Below are positions 1 to 8,423 of a stretch of 64,000 nt of DNA, in pieces (position 1 is the stretch's first letter; every line of letters starts with the position of its first letter). The stretch is from Candidatus Woesearchaeota archaeon (GTDB taxonomy: Archaea > Nanobdellota > Nanobdellia > Woesearchaeales > UBA10216). The stretch is from positions 7,756 to 71,755 of the forward strand of contig NZCN01000010.1 in the NCBI GenBank assembly GCA_002688315.1, read 5' to 3'. A program made the translations under genes and the position numbers. The notes beneath the pieces are model-generated. The model worked only from the letters and a program-made list of their open reading frames with translations. It searched no databases and was not told where the DNA came from.

Positions 1-1116
1 TATTACTATAGTAGCCAGGTTTTGTTTTGTTTTTATCCGCTTAAGTATGTTTGACCAGCCAATCCCAGCCATTACAGCCATTGCCAAAGAAAACGGAGCT
101 AAAGCATGATATATTTGCCTTGTTTTTTCATAGCCAGGCAACTGGTATACCAGCTTAGTTAAGGGAGTCTCAAGCTCTATTAACAAAGACATTGCTGCTA
201 TAGTTGCAAGCGCTAAAACATATTTTCTTCTCCAAGACAACAGAGATGCCATTGCCAGCAAGAAAATAATCCCACCAGTTCTAATAGGAGACATTTGTGT
301 TCCAAAAATTTCAGAAGACCTTGAAAAAGTTATATGAGTGTGCCGCCATATGAATTCATCATATTCTACGCTTTCAGCACGGTTAGAAAGTTTGTTGAAC
401 TCTAAAGCAGGAAGAAGCTTAACAGCAGAAAAACCCAAAGTGAAAACAACAAGAATAATTCCAATTAAAGCTATTTTAAACAATTCATTCTTTTTAAATT
501 GCAAGAGAGAAAACAAAAAGTATGCTCCCAAGAAAAGACCAACACCAAGGAAACACCAAAGAAAATAAATTGTTCCGCCGGAAATTAACTGGTAAGCAAA
601 CAAAGCAGCAGATATCAAAGCGTTTCTTATTGTATTTTTCTGAGTAGCCTTATATGCAAACAAAAGTATTAGCGGGAAAAACGCCAGTGGGTAAAGATGA
701 GGCAAAATAGCCTGAAAAACAGCGTAAGCAAAGCTTCCTATGAACATGTACGCAATGCCAGATATTATTGCAGCTCTTTTATCCCTGACAAATTCATAAG
801 TAAGCAATGACGTACCAATACCTGCAATAAGCAAATGAGCAAGGATTGAAAAATTAAATGCAAGGATAGTGTTTGGTATTAACAGCATTAGCAAATTAAG
901 GATTCCAAAAAGAGGGACTTCTGGCTGGGAGTAAAGAGGATGGCCTCCGGAAAGCTGCGTTGACCAAAAAGGAATAGCGCTTTCTTTCCAGACAAAACCA
1001 TAACTGATAAAACTTCCATTAATTTCACCATATAACCTATCGTGAACAAAGAACAAGTAAAAGACAAAAGCTGCAATAACCACTAATGTCAGATATTTAT
1101 GCTTCTGAAAGTTCAT
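1..1116 (-). CDS. Polytopic membrane protein, YfhO/GT-C-like glycosyltransferase (runs off window start)
   Basis: Manual translation from ATG 1116: MNFQKHKYLTLVVIAAF...IPFWSTQLSGGHPLY..., many TM segments; next to GT2; absent from ORF track. Confidence 0.6.
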   Translation of the reverse strand, partial: MNFQKHKYLTLVVIAAFVFYLFFVHDRLYGEINGSFISYGFVWKESAIPFWSTQLSGGHPLYSQPEVPLFGILNLLMLLIPNTILAFNFSILAHLLIAGIGTSLLTYEFVRDKRAAIISGIAYMFIGSFAYAVFQAILPHLYPLAFFPLILLFAYKATQKNTIRNALISAALFAYQLISGGTIYFLWCFLGVGLFLGAYFLFSLLQFKKNELFKIALIGIILVVFTLGFSAVKLLPALEFNKLSNRAESVEYDEFIWRHTHITFSRSSEIFGTQMSPIRTGGIIFLLAMASLLSWRRKYVLALATIAAMSLLIELETPLTKLVYQLPGYEKTRQIYHALAPFSLAMAVMAGIGWSNILKRIKTKQNLATIVI

Positions 1117-1198
1117 TTAATTTGCGGAACAACACGTAAGATATAAAGATTGTCATATATCACAATTTTTATATATCCCCTCTCAGTTGCAAAATGTT

Positions 1199-1921
1199 AT
1201 GGCAGAGAAAATAGTCATAGTAATGCCAGCTTACAACGCAGGCAAAACAATTGAGAGTGTTTTTTCCAGAATACCTAAGCAATTTCTTAAGAAAATTTCA
1301 GAGTTTATTGTTGTTAATGATGGAAGCACGGATGATACTGTTGAGAAAATCAAATTACTCAGCAAACACCATAAAATAAAAATGTTAACCCACGACCCTA
1401 ATCGGGGATATGGCGCAGCGCAAAAAACAGGCTTTATACAGGCAATCAAATCAAACGCTGATATTGCTGTACTGCTTCATTCAGACGGGCAATACCCTCC
1501 TGAAATGCTTCCAACAATAATCAGCCCCATATTATCAGGAAACGCAGATATGGTTTTAGGCTCAAGAATACTCGGAGGAACAGCATTGAAAGGAGGCATG
1601 CCTCTGCACCGTTATATTGGAAACAGGGCTTTAACAATGCTGGAAAACCTTGCTTATGGCCTTAACATATCAGAATACCACACAGGATACATAGCTTACT
1701 CTAAGAAAGCCTTAACATCAATTCCATTACTAAAACTAAGCAACACATTTCATTTTGACGGTGAAATGATTCTGATGGCAAGCAAGCGCAAACTGCGCAT
1801 AAAAGAAATAGGCATACCAACGCACTACGGAAGCGAAGAAACGTATCTGAACGCGTTCACATACGGAATAGATGTTCTCAAAATAATCTTCAAGAATTTA
1901 ATCGGGAAATACAACTTTTAA
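1199..1921 (+). CDS. Glycosyltransferase family 2 (DPM synthase-like)
   Basis: VMPAYN, VVNDGSTD, NRGYG, HSDGQY, GSR motifs. Confidence 0.9.
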   Translation: MAEKIVIVMPAYNAGKTIESVFSRIPKQFLKKISEFIVVNDGSTDDTVEKIKLLSKHHKIKMLTHDPNRGYGAAQKTGFIQAIKSNADIAVLLHSDGQYPPEMLPTIISPILSGNADMVLGSRILGGTALKGGMPLHRYIGNRALTMLENLAYGLNISEYHTGYIAYSKKALTSIPLLKLSNTFHFDGEMILMASKRKLRIKEIGIPTHYGSEETYLNAFTYGIDVLKIIFKNLIGKYNF

Positions 1922-2955
1922 AATATATCCTTGTTTTCTTTCGCCCAGTCAACAAGTTTCTGAACACCTTCTTCAGGCTTTATTTTTGGGGCCCAGCCAA
2001 GTTCGTGGCCTGCTTTGCTAATGTCTGCTATAAACACTTTCTGGTCAGAAGGCCTCCAGTCAGAAAACGACAGGCTGCTTTCCTTGCCAGTAAGCTTTTT
2101 CAAAATCTCAAGAAGCTCAAGAAGAGACATTGTATTTTCTTTGCCGCCGCCAGTATTGTAAACACCATGCTTAACATTGCTGTTTATGAACTTATCATAA
2201 AGCTCAATCAAATCAGAAACATAAAGAACATCCCTAACCTGCTTTCCGTCTCCGTAAATCGTTATGGGTTTTCCAAGAATTGTGGCAATAGAAAACCATG
2301 AAACCCAGCCTTGGTCCTCAACACCAAACTGCCTTGTTCCGTAAATGCAGGACATCCTGAAAACTCCTGTCTTGATTCCGTAAACATGCGAGTAATCCTG
2401 AGCGTATAAGTCACCAGTAAGCTTGGAAGTGCCGTAAGGAGTATGCTCACACAAGTCAATAGAAAATGTTTCAGGCAGCCCTTTTTCAAATCCTTTTCCA
2501 AAATTATAACGCTTTTCTCCCTCTGTAACTTCAATAGAATCTGTGTTGTTTCCGAAAACTTTGTTAGTAGAGCAGTAAACAACAGTTTTCACGTCATTTT
2601 TCCTGGCTGCTTCCATAACATTAAATGAGCCTATGGCATTTGTCTTAAAATCTGCAACAGGATCTTTAACCGAAGCTGTAACAGCTGTTTGAGCTGCTGC
2701 GTGGAATATTACATCAGCGCCTTTAGCAGCTGCATCAAGCTCTTCAAAATCAACAATGTCTTTCTGGACTAGTTTAATTTTAGGAAAATTTTTCTGCAGG
2801 AATTTTGCGTTAAAGTCAGCATTTTTTGTTTCACTGTTAAGAAGCTTTGATCTTGAAAGATTATCAAATACAGTTATATCCCAATCCTTTTTTGCATAAT
2901 ACTCTGCTATGTGACTTCCAACAAAGCCTGCTCCACCTGTAATAAGTGCTCTCAT
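1918..2955 (-). CDS. NAD-dependent nucleotide-sugar epimerase (CDP-paratose 2-epimerase-like)
   Basis: GGAGFVG, STNKV, YGTSK, RMSCIYG, EDQGWV, GKQVRD motifs. Confidence 0.9.
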   Translation of the reverse strand: MRALITGGAGFVGSHIAEYYAKKDWDITVFDNLSRSKLLNSETKNADFNAKFLQKNFPKIKLVQKDIVDFEELDAAAKGADVIFHAAAQTAVTASVKDPVADFKTNAIGSFNVMEAARKNDVKTVVYCSTNKVFGNNTDSIEVTEGEKRYNFGKGFEKGLPETFSIDLCEHTPYGTSKLTGDLYAQDYSHVYGIKTGVFRMSCIYGTRQFGVEDQGWVSWFSIATILGKPITIYGDGKQVRDVLYVSDLIELYDKFINSNVKHGVYNTGGGKENTMSLLELLEILKKLTGKESSLSFSDWRPSDQKVFIADISKAGHELGWAPKIKPEEGVQKLVDWAKENKDIF

Positions 2956-3013
2956 CTTTGTTTGGAAAATTCCAAGTTACTTAAATAGTTTATGTCATTA
3001 TGATATCAAGCCT

Positions 3014-3131
3014 TGTTTAAAATCTCGTTTTCGCTTTCTTCCTCTTTTACCTCTCCTAATCTAAGTTAAGGGGAGGTAAAAAGGAAAAGGAGCAAAGAAC
3101 AGAAGCATGCATAAGAGATTTTCATCAAACA
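3014..3131 (+). ncRNA. Candidate structured RNA (long rod hairpin with 14-nt bulge)
   Basis: Nested inverted repeats with G-U pairs on + strand in a divergent intergenic gap. Confidence 0.4.
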
Positions 3132-3262
3132 CATCAGAAAAGTTTAAATACTAAAAAAAGACCCCTAATTACAATACGGTCTAAAGAAGGTCAGACATTC
3201 AGTTAAAGAAGATGCGCTTTCTGCAGATTGTAAATAAAATAAATAGATGGAGGGTAAATAAA

Positions 3263-3634
3263 ATGTATGAAGACAGAGGCGGATTTGAAAGTAGAGATGC
3301 GGTTCCCGTAAATGTGGGAGACGAATTTGAAGTGACGATAGAGGCTGTTGGAGCCAAAGGAGACGGCATTGCCAAGAAAGAAGGTTTTGTTCTTTTTGTT
3401 CCTGGCGTACAGAAAGGGGACAATGTGAAGATAAAAATCACAAAAGTTCTTCGAAAAGTAGGATTTGCTGAAGTAGTTGGCTCATCTGAAGGCGGAAGCG
3501 AAGAGCAGCCAGCTGAAGAAGCGCCTGCAGACGAAGCTTCTGAGGAAGCTCCACAGGAAGAAGCAACACAAGACGCTGCTCCTGAAGAAGCACCTCAAGA
3601 CTCCGAAGACTTCGGCGAAGACGAAAAGAAATAA
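3263..3634 (+). CDS. Single TRAM-domain protein (archaeal RNA chaperone) with acidic tail
   Basis: PVNVGDEFEVTIEAVGAKGDGIAK...GFVLFVPG; GGAGG SD upstream of ATG 3263. Confidence 0.9.
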   Translation: MYEDRGGFESRDAVPVNVGDEFEVTIEAVGAKGDGIAKKEGFVLFVPGVQKGDNVKIKITKVLRKVGFAEVVGSSEGGSEEQPAEEAPADEASEEAPQEEATQDAAPEEAPQDSEDFGEDEKK

Positions 3635-3697
3635 TCTTTTCTGTTTTTTATTTTTTTAATTATTATTTTAAATAACAATAGCTACAGCATTTACAAC

Positions 3698-4228
3698 ATG
3701 AGATGCTTCATATCAATAGAATTGCCAGAAGAAGTTAAAAAGGAATTACAAAAGCTGCAAGAAGACATCAGAAGCAGCAATATTAAAGCTTCCTTTAGCA
3801 AAGGCTTTCACCTTACTCTTAAGTATCTTGGAGATTTAACGCCTGAAAAAGTCGAACATGTGAAAAAAAGACTTAGCAGTTGTAAATTCAAGAAATTTGA
3901 AGTAACTCTTGACGATTTTGGTGTTTTTCCCAATGAAAAACACATAAAAGTTATTTGGGTTGGTATAAAGCCAGAAGAAGACGTTGTAAAGCTTCAGAAA
4001 GAGATTGATGAAGCAATGCAAAAAGACTTCAAGAAAGAAAAACAGTTCAAAGCACACTTAACATTAGCAAGAATAAAGCATGTCAAGGATAAAGAGAATT
4101 TTCTGCAGTTTCTAAAAAATATTGAAATTAAGAAGATAAACTTTAGCGTTAATGAATTCAAACTAATGCGAAGCACGCTAACCGCAGAAGGGCCTGTTTA
4201 TGATGAGTTGTTTGTTTACAAGCAGTAA
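3698..4228 (+). CDS. thpR: RNA 2',3'-cyclic phosphodiesterase (2H family)
   Basis: MRCFISI start, two HLT motifs, C-terminal GPVY. Confidence 0.9.
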   Translation: MRCFISIELPEEVKKELQKLQEDIRSSNIKASFSKGFHLTLKYLGDLTPEKVEHVKKRLSSCKFKKFEVTLDDFGVFPNEKHIKVIWVGIKPEEDVVKLQKEIDEAMQKDFKKEKQFKAHLTLARIKHVKDKENFLQFLKNIEIKKINFSVNEFKLMRSTLTAEGPVYDELFVYKQ

Positions 4229-4342
4229 CATTTATAAACCACTCTCGAATCCTTCAATGTATTGCCCAAGCATCTGATTTGGATGCTGTCGCAACAGGCG
4301 ATAATAAGTTGCGGTTCAAGAATTCTTGAATCGGTGATATTT

Positions 4343-4942
4343 ATGGAAGAAGAACAATTATTAGTACCGCAGGACCAGTATCTTAAGGCAGGCATACATA
4401 TTGGGACAAAATTCAGAACAAAATACATGGAACGCTTTATTTACAAGACAAGGCCTGATGGGCTTAGCGTTCTGAACCTGCAGAGAATAGATGAGCGAAT
4501 AAAAGTTGCAGTTAAACTTCTTGCTAACTATGAACCAAAAGATATTTTGATTGTAAGCAGACGAGAGAATGGCTGGAAAGCGCTCAAAGCTATGAGCAAG
4601 CTTACAGGCATTAAAGTATTTGCAGGAAGATACTTGCCTGGAATACTCACAAATCCTGCTCTTGATAAATATGAAGAAGCAAAAGTTTTATTGGCAACAG
4701 ATGCATGGCCTGACAGAAACGCCATATCAGATTCTGTAAGAATGGGCATACCGGTTATTGCTTTGTGCGATACAAACAATCAGACAAATAATATTGATTT
4801 AGTCATACCTTGCAACAATAAAGGAAAGAAAAGCTTAGGATTATTGTTTTGGGTTATAACAAGAGAATATCTTAAAGCAAAAGGTTTGATAAAAAAAGAT
4901 TCTGAATTCAAGGGAAAATTAGAAGATTTCACAGAGGAATAA
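4343..4942 (+). CDS. rps2: 30S ribosomal protein S2
   Basis: YLKAGIHIGT, GRYLPG, CDTNN, IPCNNKG; GGTGA SD before 4343. Confidence 0.97.
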   Translation: MEEEQLLVPQDQYLKAGIHIGTKFRTKYMERFIYKTRPDGLSVLNLQRIDERIKVAVKLLANYEPKDILIVSRRENGWKALKAMSKLTGIKVFAGRYLPGILTNPALDKYEEAKVLLATDAWPDRNAISDSVRMGIPVIALCDTNNQTNNIDLVIPCNNKGKKSLGLLFWVITREYLKAKGLIKKDSEFKGKLEDFTEE

Positions 4943-5050
4943 TTACTCTTCTTCGTAACCTCTCATAAAGCCTTCTTCTGCAGCTGATATCTCGTCGTCG
5001 TCAAGCAGATCTGCAATCTTATCAATTTCCCATTTTTCTTCCATTTGCAT
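4943..5050 (-). CDS. 35-aa acidic microprotein MQMEEKWEIDKIADLLDDDEISAAEEGFMRGYEEE
   Basis: Manual translation; AAGGTG SD; fills the gap after rps2. Confidence 0.65.
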   Translation of the reverse strand: MQMEEKWEIDKIADLLDDDEISAAEEGFMRGYEEE

Positions 5051-5141
5051 CACCTTAAGAAATAATCAGAATAACCTTTATATATGTGTTAGCGATATAC
5101 TCTATATACTATATAATTACGTGTTAAGTATAGGGGGAACT

Positions 5142-6077
5142 ATGGAATTCAGAAAACTAATGGCTTTTGGGAACTCTTCTTATATAATCTCTGTTCCAAA
5201 AGCATGGATTGAAAAGAATAGGCTGAAGAAAGGAGATGTGCTTCTTGTAGAACAAAAACCTAACGAGTTAATAATCAGCTCGAAAGATGCAAGTGAAAGA
5301 AGAAAAATAAATGAAATCACAATCAATCCTGAAGGAAAAACATTTGAAGAGTTCAAAACAGAAATTATTTCCCTGTACGTGAATAATTACGATGTGATAA
5401 CTGTTGTTAATGTGAAGAATTCTGATACTGTTAAAGATATATTCAGGAGCTTAGTCGGGATGGAGGTTGTTGAAGAAACTGCAACAAAGATAGTTGCAAA
5501 AGATTTGCTTAACATACAAGAAGTTTCTCTGGATAATGTTATAAGAAGAATGGACATAATAATAAGATCCATGCTTTCAGACTCTATAGAACTTGATGTG
5601 GCAAATGCTGACAGCGTAGTAGGCAGGGATAAAGAAGTTAACAGACTTAGCTTGCTTGGCTTCAGAACCGCAAAAGCTGCAACTGACAATCCACGACTGC
5701 TTAAGCTATTTAACACAACTTACTGGAACGTATTAATTGCAAAGCAAGTAATTACCTATCTTGAAAGGTTTGCAGACCAGATAAAACGCATAATAAGAAC
5801 TGCAAAAGATGAAAAAATTGACAAGAAAGAACGAAATGACTTATTGAAGCTTATTAAGTCTGTAAATGATAATTATATTATGGTAATGAAAATTTTCTAT
5901 GAAAAGAAAAAGCAGGAAGCGTTTAAAGCAGAAACAACAACACGCGCACTCCTCAAAGACTGCGATACAATTCTAAGAAAATATCCAAAAGTATCTATTG
6001 TCAGGTTTATCGAGTATTTCCAGCACACAATAGGATCAATGAAAGGAATCCTAAGAACTGTAATGGAGTACGAGTAA
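5142..6077 (+). CDS. AbrB-PhoU family regulator
   Basis: N-terminal RKL..G.SSYIISVPKAW AbrB-like domain plus PhoU-like helices (LERFAD). Confidence 0.85.
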   Translation: MEFRKLMAFGNSSYIISVPKAWIEKNRLKKGDVLLVEQKPNELIISSKDASERRKINEITINPEGKTFEEFKTEIISLYVNNYDVITVVNVKNSDTVKDIFRSLVGMEVVEETATKIVAKDLLNIQEVSLDNVIRRMDIIIRSMLSDSIELDVANADSVVGRDKEVNRLSLLGFRTAKAATDNPRLLKLFNTTYWNVLIAKQVITYLERFADQIKRIIRTAKDEKIDKKERNDLLKLIKSVNDNYIMVMKIFYEKKKQEAFKAETTTRALLKDCDTILRKYPKVSIVRFIEYFQHTIGSMKGILRTVMEYE

Positions 6078-6078
6078 G

Positions 6079-6750
6079 TTAAACAATACCTTCTTCCTTA
6101 ATTTCAAACTCAATCTCTTTTTCAGGAAGGCTTCTGTGTTTCTTCAGCAATGCTTTTCTCTTGTTGCGGTTAAGAGCCTGAAGCTCGATAAGGCATTTGC
6201 TGTTGTAATGAATTATATCCCCTCCAACCATCTTCACTTTTGTTTTGTCATCAAAGTCAGCATAAACCTGATTTGTAAGAATTATCGGAATTGAGTTTTT
6301 CCTGGAAATTTCCAATAGTTTGCCAAGCTGCTTTCCAAGCTCTGCGTTAAGGCCTTGATTGTCATCACCGCGCTCAAGCCTATACAAAGCAGAGATAGTA
6401 TCGCAAACAATTAAGCCAACACCTTTTGGAAACTTTTTATGCAGCGAATCAATGCAATGCTTTTGCTCAAGAAAAGTTGTTGGCTTCATAATAAAAACAC
6501 GGTCAAGAACTTCTTTGTAATCAGGAGTTAGCTGTTTTAATCGTTCTGTAGAAAAACCTCCTTCAGTATCTATGAATATTACCTTGCTGTCATTTGTTGC
6601 TGATAACGCAGAAAGCAGGCAAGCTGTTGTTTTGCCTGTTCCAGAAGGTCCAAATATAGTCGTAATTACAGACTTTTCATAACCTCCACCAAGGAATTTA
6701 TCAACAGTTTCAGAGCCTGTTTTAAGACGATCTTCCATAATAAAAGACAT
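6079..6750 (-). CDS. radB: DNA repair protein RadB
   Basis: GPSGTGKT, FIDTEGG, TNQVY, C-terminal KHRS; start uncertain. Confidence 0.92.
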   Translation of the reverse strand: MSFIMEDRLKTGSETVDKFLGGGYEKSVITTIFGPSGTGKTTACLLSALSATNDSKVIFIDTEGGFSTERLKQLTPDYKEVLDRVFIMKPTTFLEQKHCIDSLHKKFPKGVGLIVCDTISALYRLERGDDNQGLNAELGKQLGKLLEISRKNSIPIILTNQVYADFDDKTKVKMVGGDIIHYNSKCLIELQALNRNKRKALLKKHRSLPEKEIEFEIKEEGIV

Positions 6751-6880
6751 CTTAGACAAGATTATAAAGGTTTTTGTGGTAGCTGCAAACTAGTAAGAAA
6801 CATATATCCCACAGTATCCAAACATTTAAATATAACATCATACACAGTATGATAAAGTATGATGAAAAGAGGTGATTGAG

Positions 6881-6991
6881 ATGTATGCTGCTGAAAAAGC
6901 AATGGATGATGTGACTGAATTTATGACAAAAAAGAAAAACAAACACGAGCAGCAAGCATTCTTAGAACAAGTATTATTTGGGCTGAGTTAA
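6881..6991 (+). CDS. 36-aa microprotein MYAAEKAMDDVTEFMTKKKNKHEQQAFLEQVLFGLS
   Basis: GAGGTGA SD; stop abuts TTG start of GAPDH. Confidence 0.55.
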   Translation: MYAAEKAMDDVTEFMTKKKNKHEQQAFLEQVLFGLS

Positions 6992-8005
6992 TTGGGAAAA
7001 GTAAAGGTAGTAATTAACGGCTACGGTGTAATAGGAAGACGGGTTGCTGACGCTATTCTAAAACAAGATGATATGGAACTTATTGGAGTTACTAAAACAA
7101 AGCCAGACTTCAGGTTATTAGAAGCAAAAGAAAAAAGAATAAAGATTTTTACTGTTTCTGACAAAAACGCTTTTGAAGAAAAAAACTATCAAGTAGAAGG
7201 TGATTTGAAAGATGCTCTGAAAGAAACTGATGTTGTAATTGATTGCTCTCCTAAAAACAAAGGTGTTGAAAACCTGGAAGTTTACAAACAATTTCCTAAC
7301 TTAAAAGTAATTTTTCAAGGAGGCGAGTCTCACAATCTTACTAATTTTTCTTTTAACAGTCAGTGTAATTACGATGAAGCTAAAGAGAAAAAATATGCAA
7401 GAGTAGTTTCATGCAACACCACTGCATTATGCAGGATAATCTCTCAGCTTAATAAATTCTATAAAATTAAGAAAGCAAGAGTTGCTGTAGTCAGAAGAAG
7501 TGCAGACCCAGGAAACAGCAAGAAGAGCATTATCAATTCTTGGGAACCTAAATTAGAATACCCCAGCCACCATTCTCCTGATGTAACTACAGTCATTCCA
7601 GATATAAAAATATCTTCTCTAGCAGGGATTGCGCCAATGACAGCAATGCACGGCCACATGCTTTTTATTGAATTTTATAATCAGCCAAATACACCAGAAG
7701 AAGTGATAAAAAACTTAGAATGCAATCCAAGAATCAAAATAATCAGCTCTGAAGAAGGATTTTCAACAACAGCTCAAATAAAAGACTTTTCTGTGTCTAA
7801 CGGAAGGAAAGGAAACATGTACGAAGTTTGCATTTGGAAAGAAGGAATCGGACTGGACGAAGACAGCGAGTTAGGGATGCACATTGCAATAGACCAGCAA
7901 GCCATTGTTGTTCCTGAAACCATTGATGCGATTCGCGCAATGTTTGGACTTATGGAGAAGGATGAATCCATAAACAAGACAAATGCCAATCTTAACATTT
8001 CTTAA
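6992..8005 (+). CDS. gap: Type II (archaeal) glyceraldehyde-3-phosphate dehydrogenase
   Basis: INGYGVIGRRVADA, VVSCNTT, PSHH, Q.AIVVPE.IDAIRA. Confidence 0.95.
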   Translation: MGKVKVVINGYGVIGRRVADAILKQDDMELIGVTKTKPDFRLLEAKEKRIKIFTVSDKNAFEEKNYQVEGDLKDALKETDVVIDCSPKNKGVENLEVYKQFPNLKVIFQGGESHNLTNFSFNSQCNYDEAKEKKYARVVSCNTTALCRIISQLNKFYKIKKARVAVVRRSADPGNSKKSIINSWEPKLEYPSHHSPDVTTVIPDIKISSLAGIAPMTAMHGHMLFIEFYNQPNTPEEVIKNLECNPRIKIISSEEGFSTTAQIKDFSVSNGRKGNMYEVCIWKEGIGLDEDSELGMHIAIDQQAIVVPETIDAIRAMFGLMEKDESINKTNANLNIS

Positions 8006-8028
8006 GGAAATTCTAAACCTTTTTATAT

Positions 8029-8048
8029 AAGTTCACAATAGTGAATTT
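8029..8048. promoter_or_regulatory. Inverted repeat TTCAC-aata-GTGAA between TATA box and suf regulator start
   Basis: Lies directly after TTTTATATA (8021-8029). Confidence 0.45.
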
Positions 8049-8051
8049 CTT

Positions 8052-8423
8052 ATGAAAACACAGCTAATAATGCCTCAGGAAGTTGAAGTTTTCTACGTAA
8101 TACCCGCCCTGAGAAGAGAAATGGCTGTAGCTATGAAAGCTTCTGGGAAAAAGCAGAAAGACATAGCAAAGTTGCTGTGTGTTGAGGAATCTACTATAAG
8201 CCAATACCTTAATAACAAGCGTGCAGCCAAAATGAATCTGAACGATAAAATAAAGCGTGATGTTGCTGATTCTGTGAAAAAGATTCAAAATAAAGTGGAC
8301 CTTATTGTTGAGACTCAAAAGCTTTTGGCATTAGCAAAAAACGAGAATGCATTGTGTGAAATCCACAGAGCAATAGTTAAACTTCCGGAAAGCTGCGATG
8401 ACTGCATTGTCAAGTTAAAATGA
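8052..8423 (+). CDS. HTH transcriptional regulator with C-terminal CxxH...CxxC
   Basis: PQEVEV...PALR, QKDIAKLL..EESTISQY..KR, CEIH, CDDC; overlaps sufB start. Confidence 0.8.
   Translation: MKTQLIMPQEVEVFYVIPALRREMAVAMKASGKKQKDIAKLLCVEESTISQYLNNKRAAKMNLNDKIKRDVADSVKKIQNKVDLIVETQKLLALAKNENALCEIHRAIVKLPESCDDCIVKLK

Noticed and set aside
338..1076. Short ORFs 338-568 and 888-1076
   Set aside because: Shadows of the long minus-strand membrane protein; other antisense shadow ORFs in the track were ignored likewise.
3098..3122. AACAGAAGCATGCATA followed by a closing helix resembles the RNase P RNA 3' conserved region
   Set aside because: No complementary GAGGAAAGUCC-type P4 strand, and the element is far too short.
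3480..3630. EEAP-like repeats in the TRAM tail
   Set aside because: Low-complexity coding sequence, not a DNA repeat element.
4297..4312. GGCGAT suggests a fluoride riboswitch
   Set aside because: Lacks the GAUGGnGUUCnCC core, and the downstream gene is rps2.
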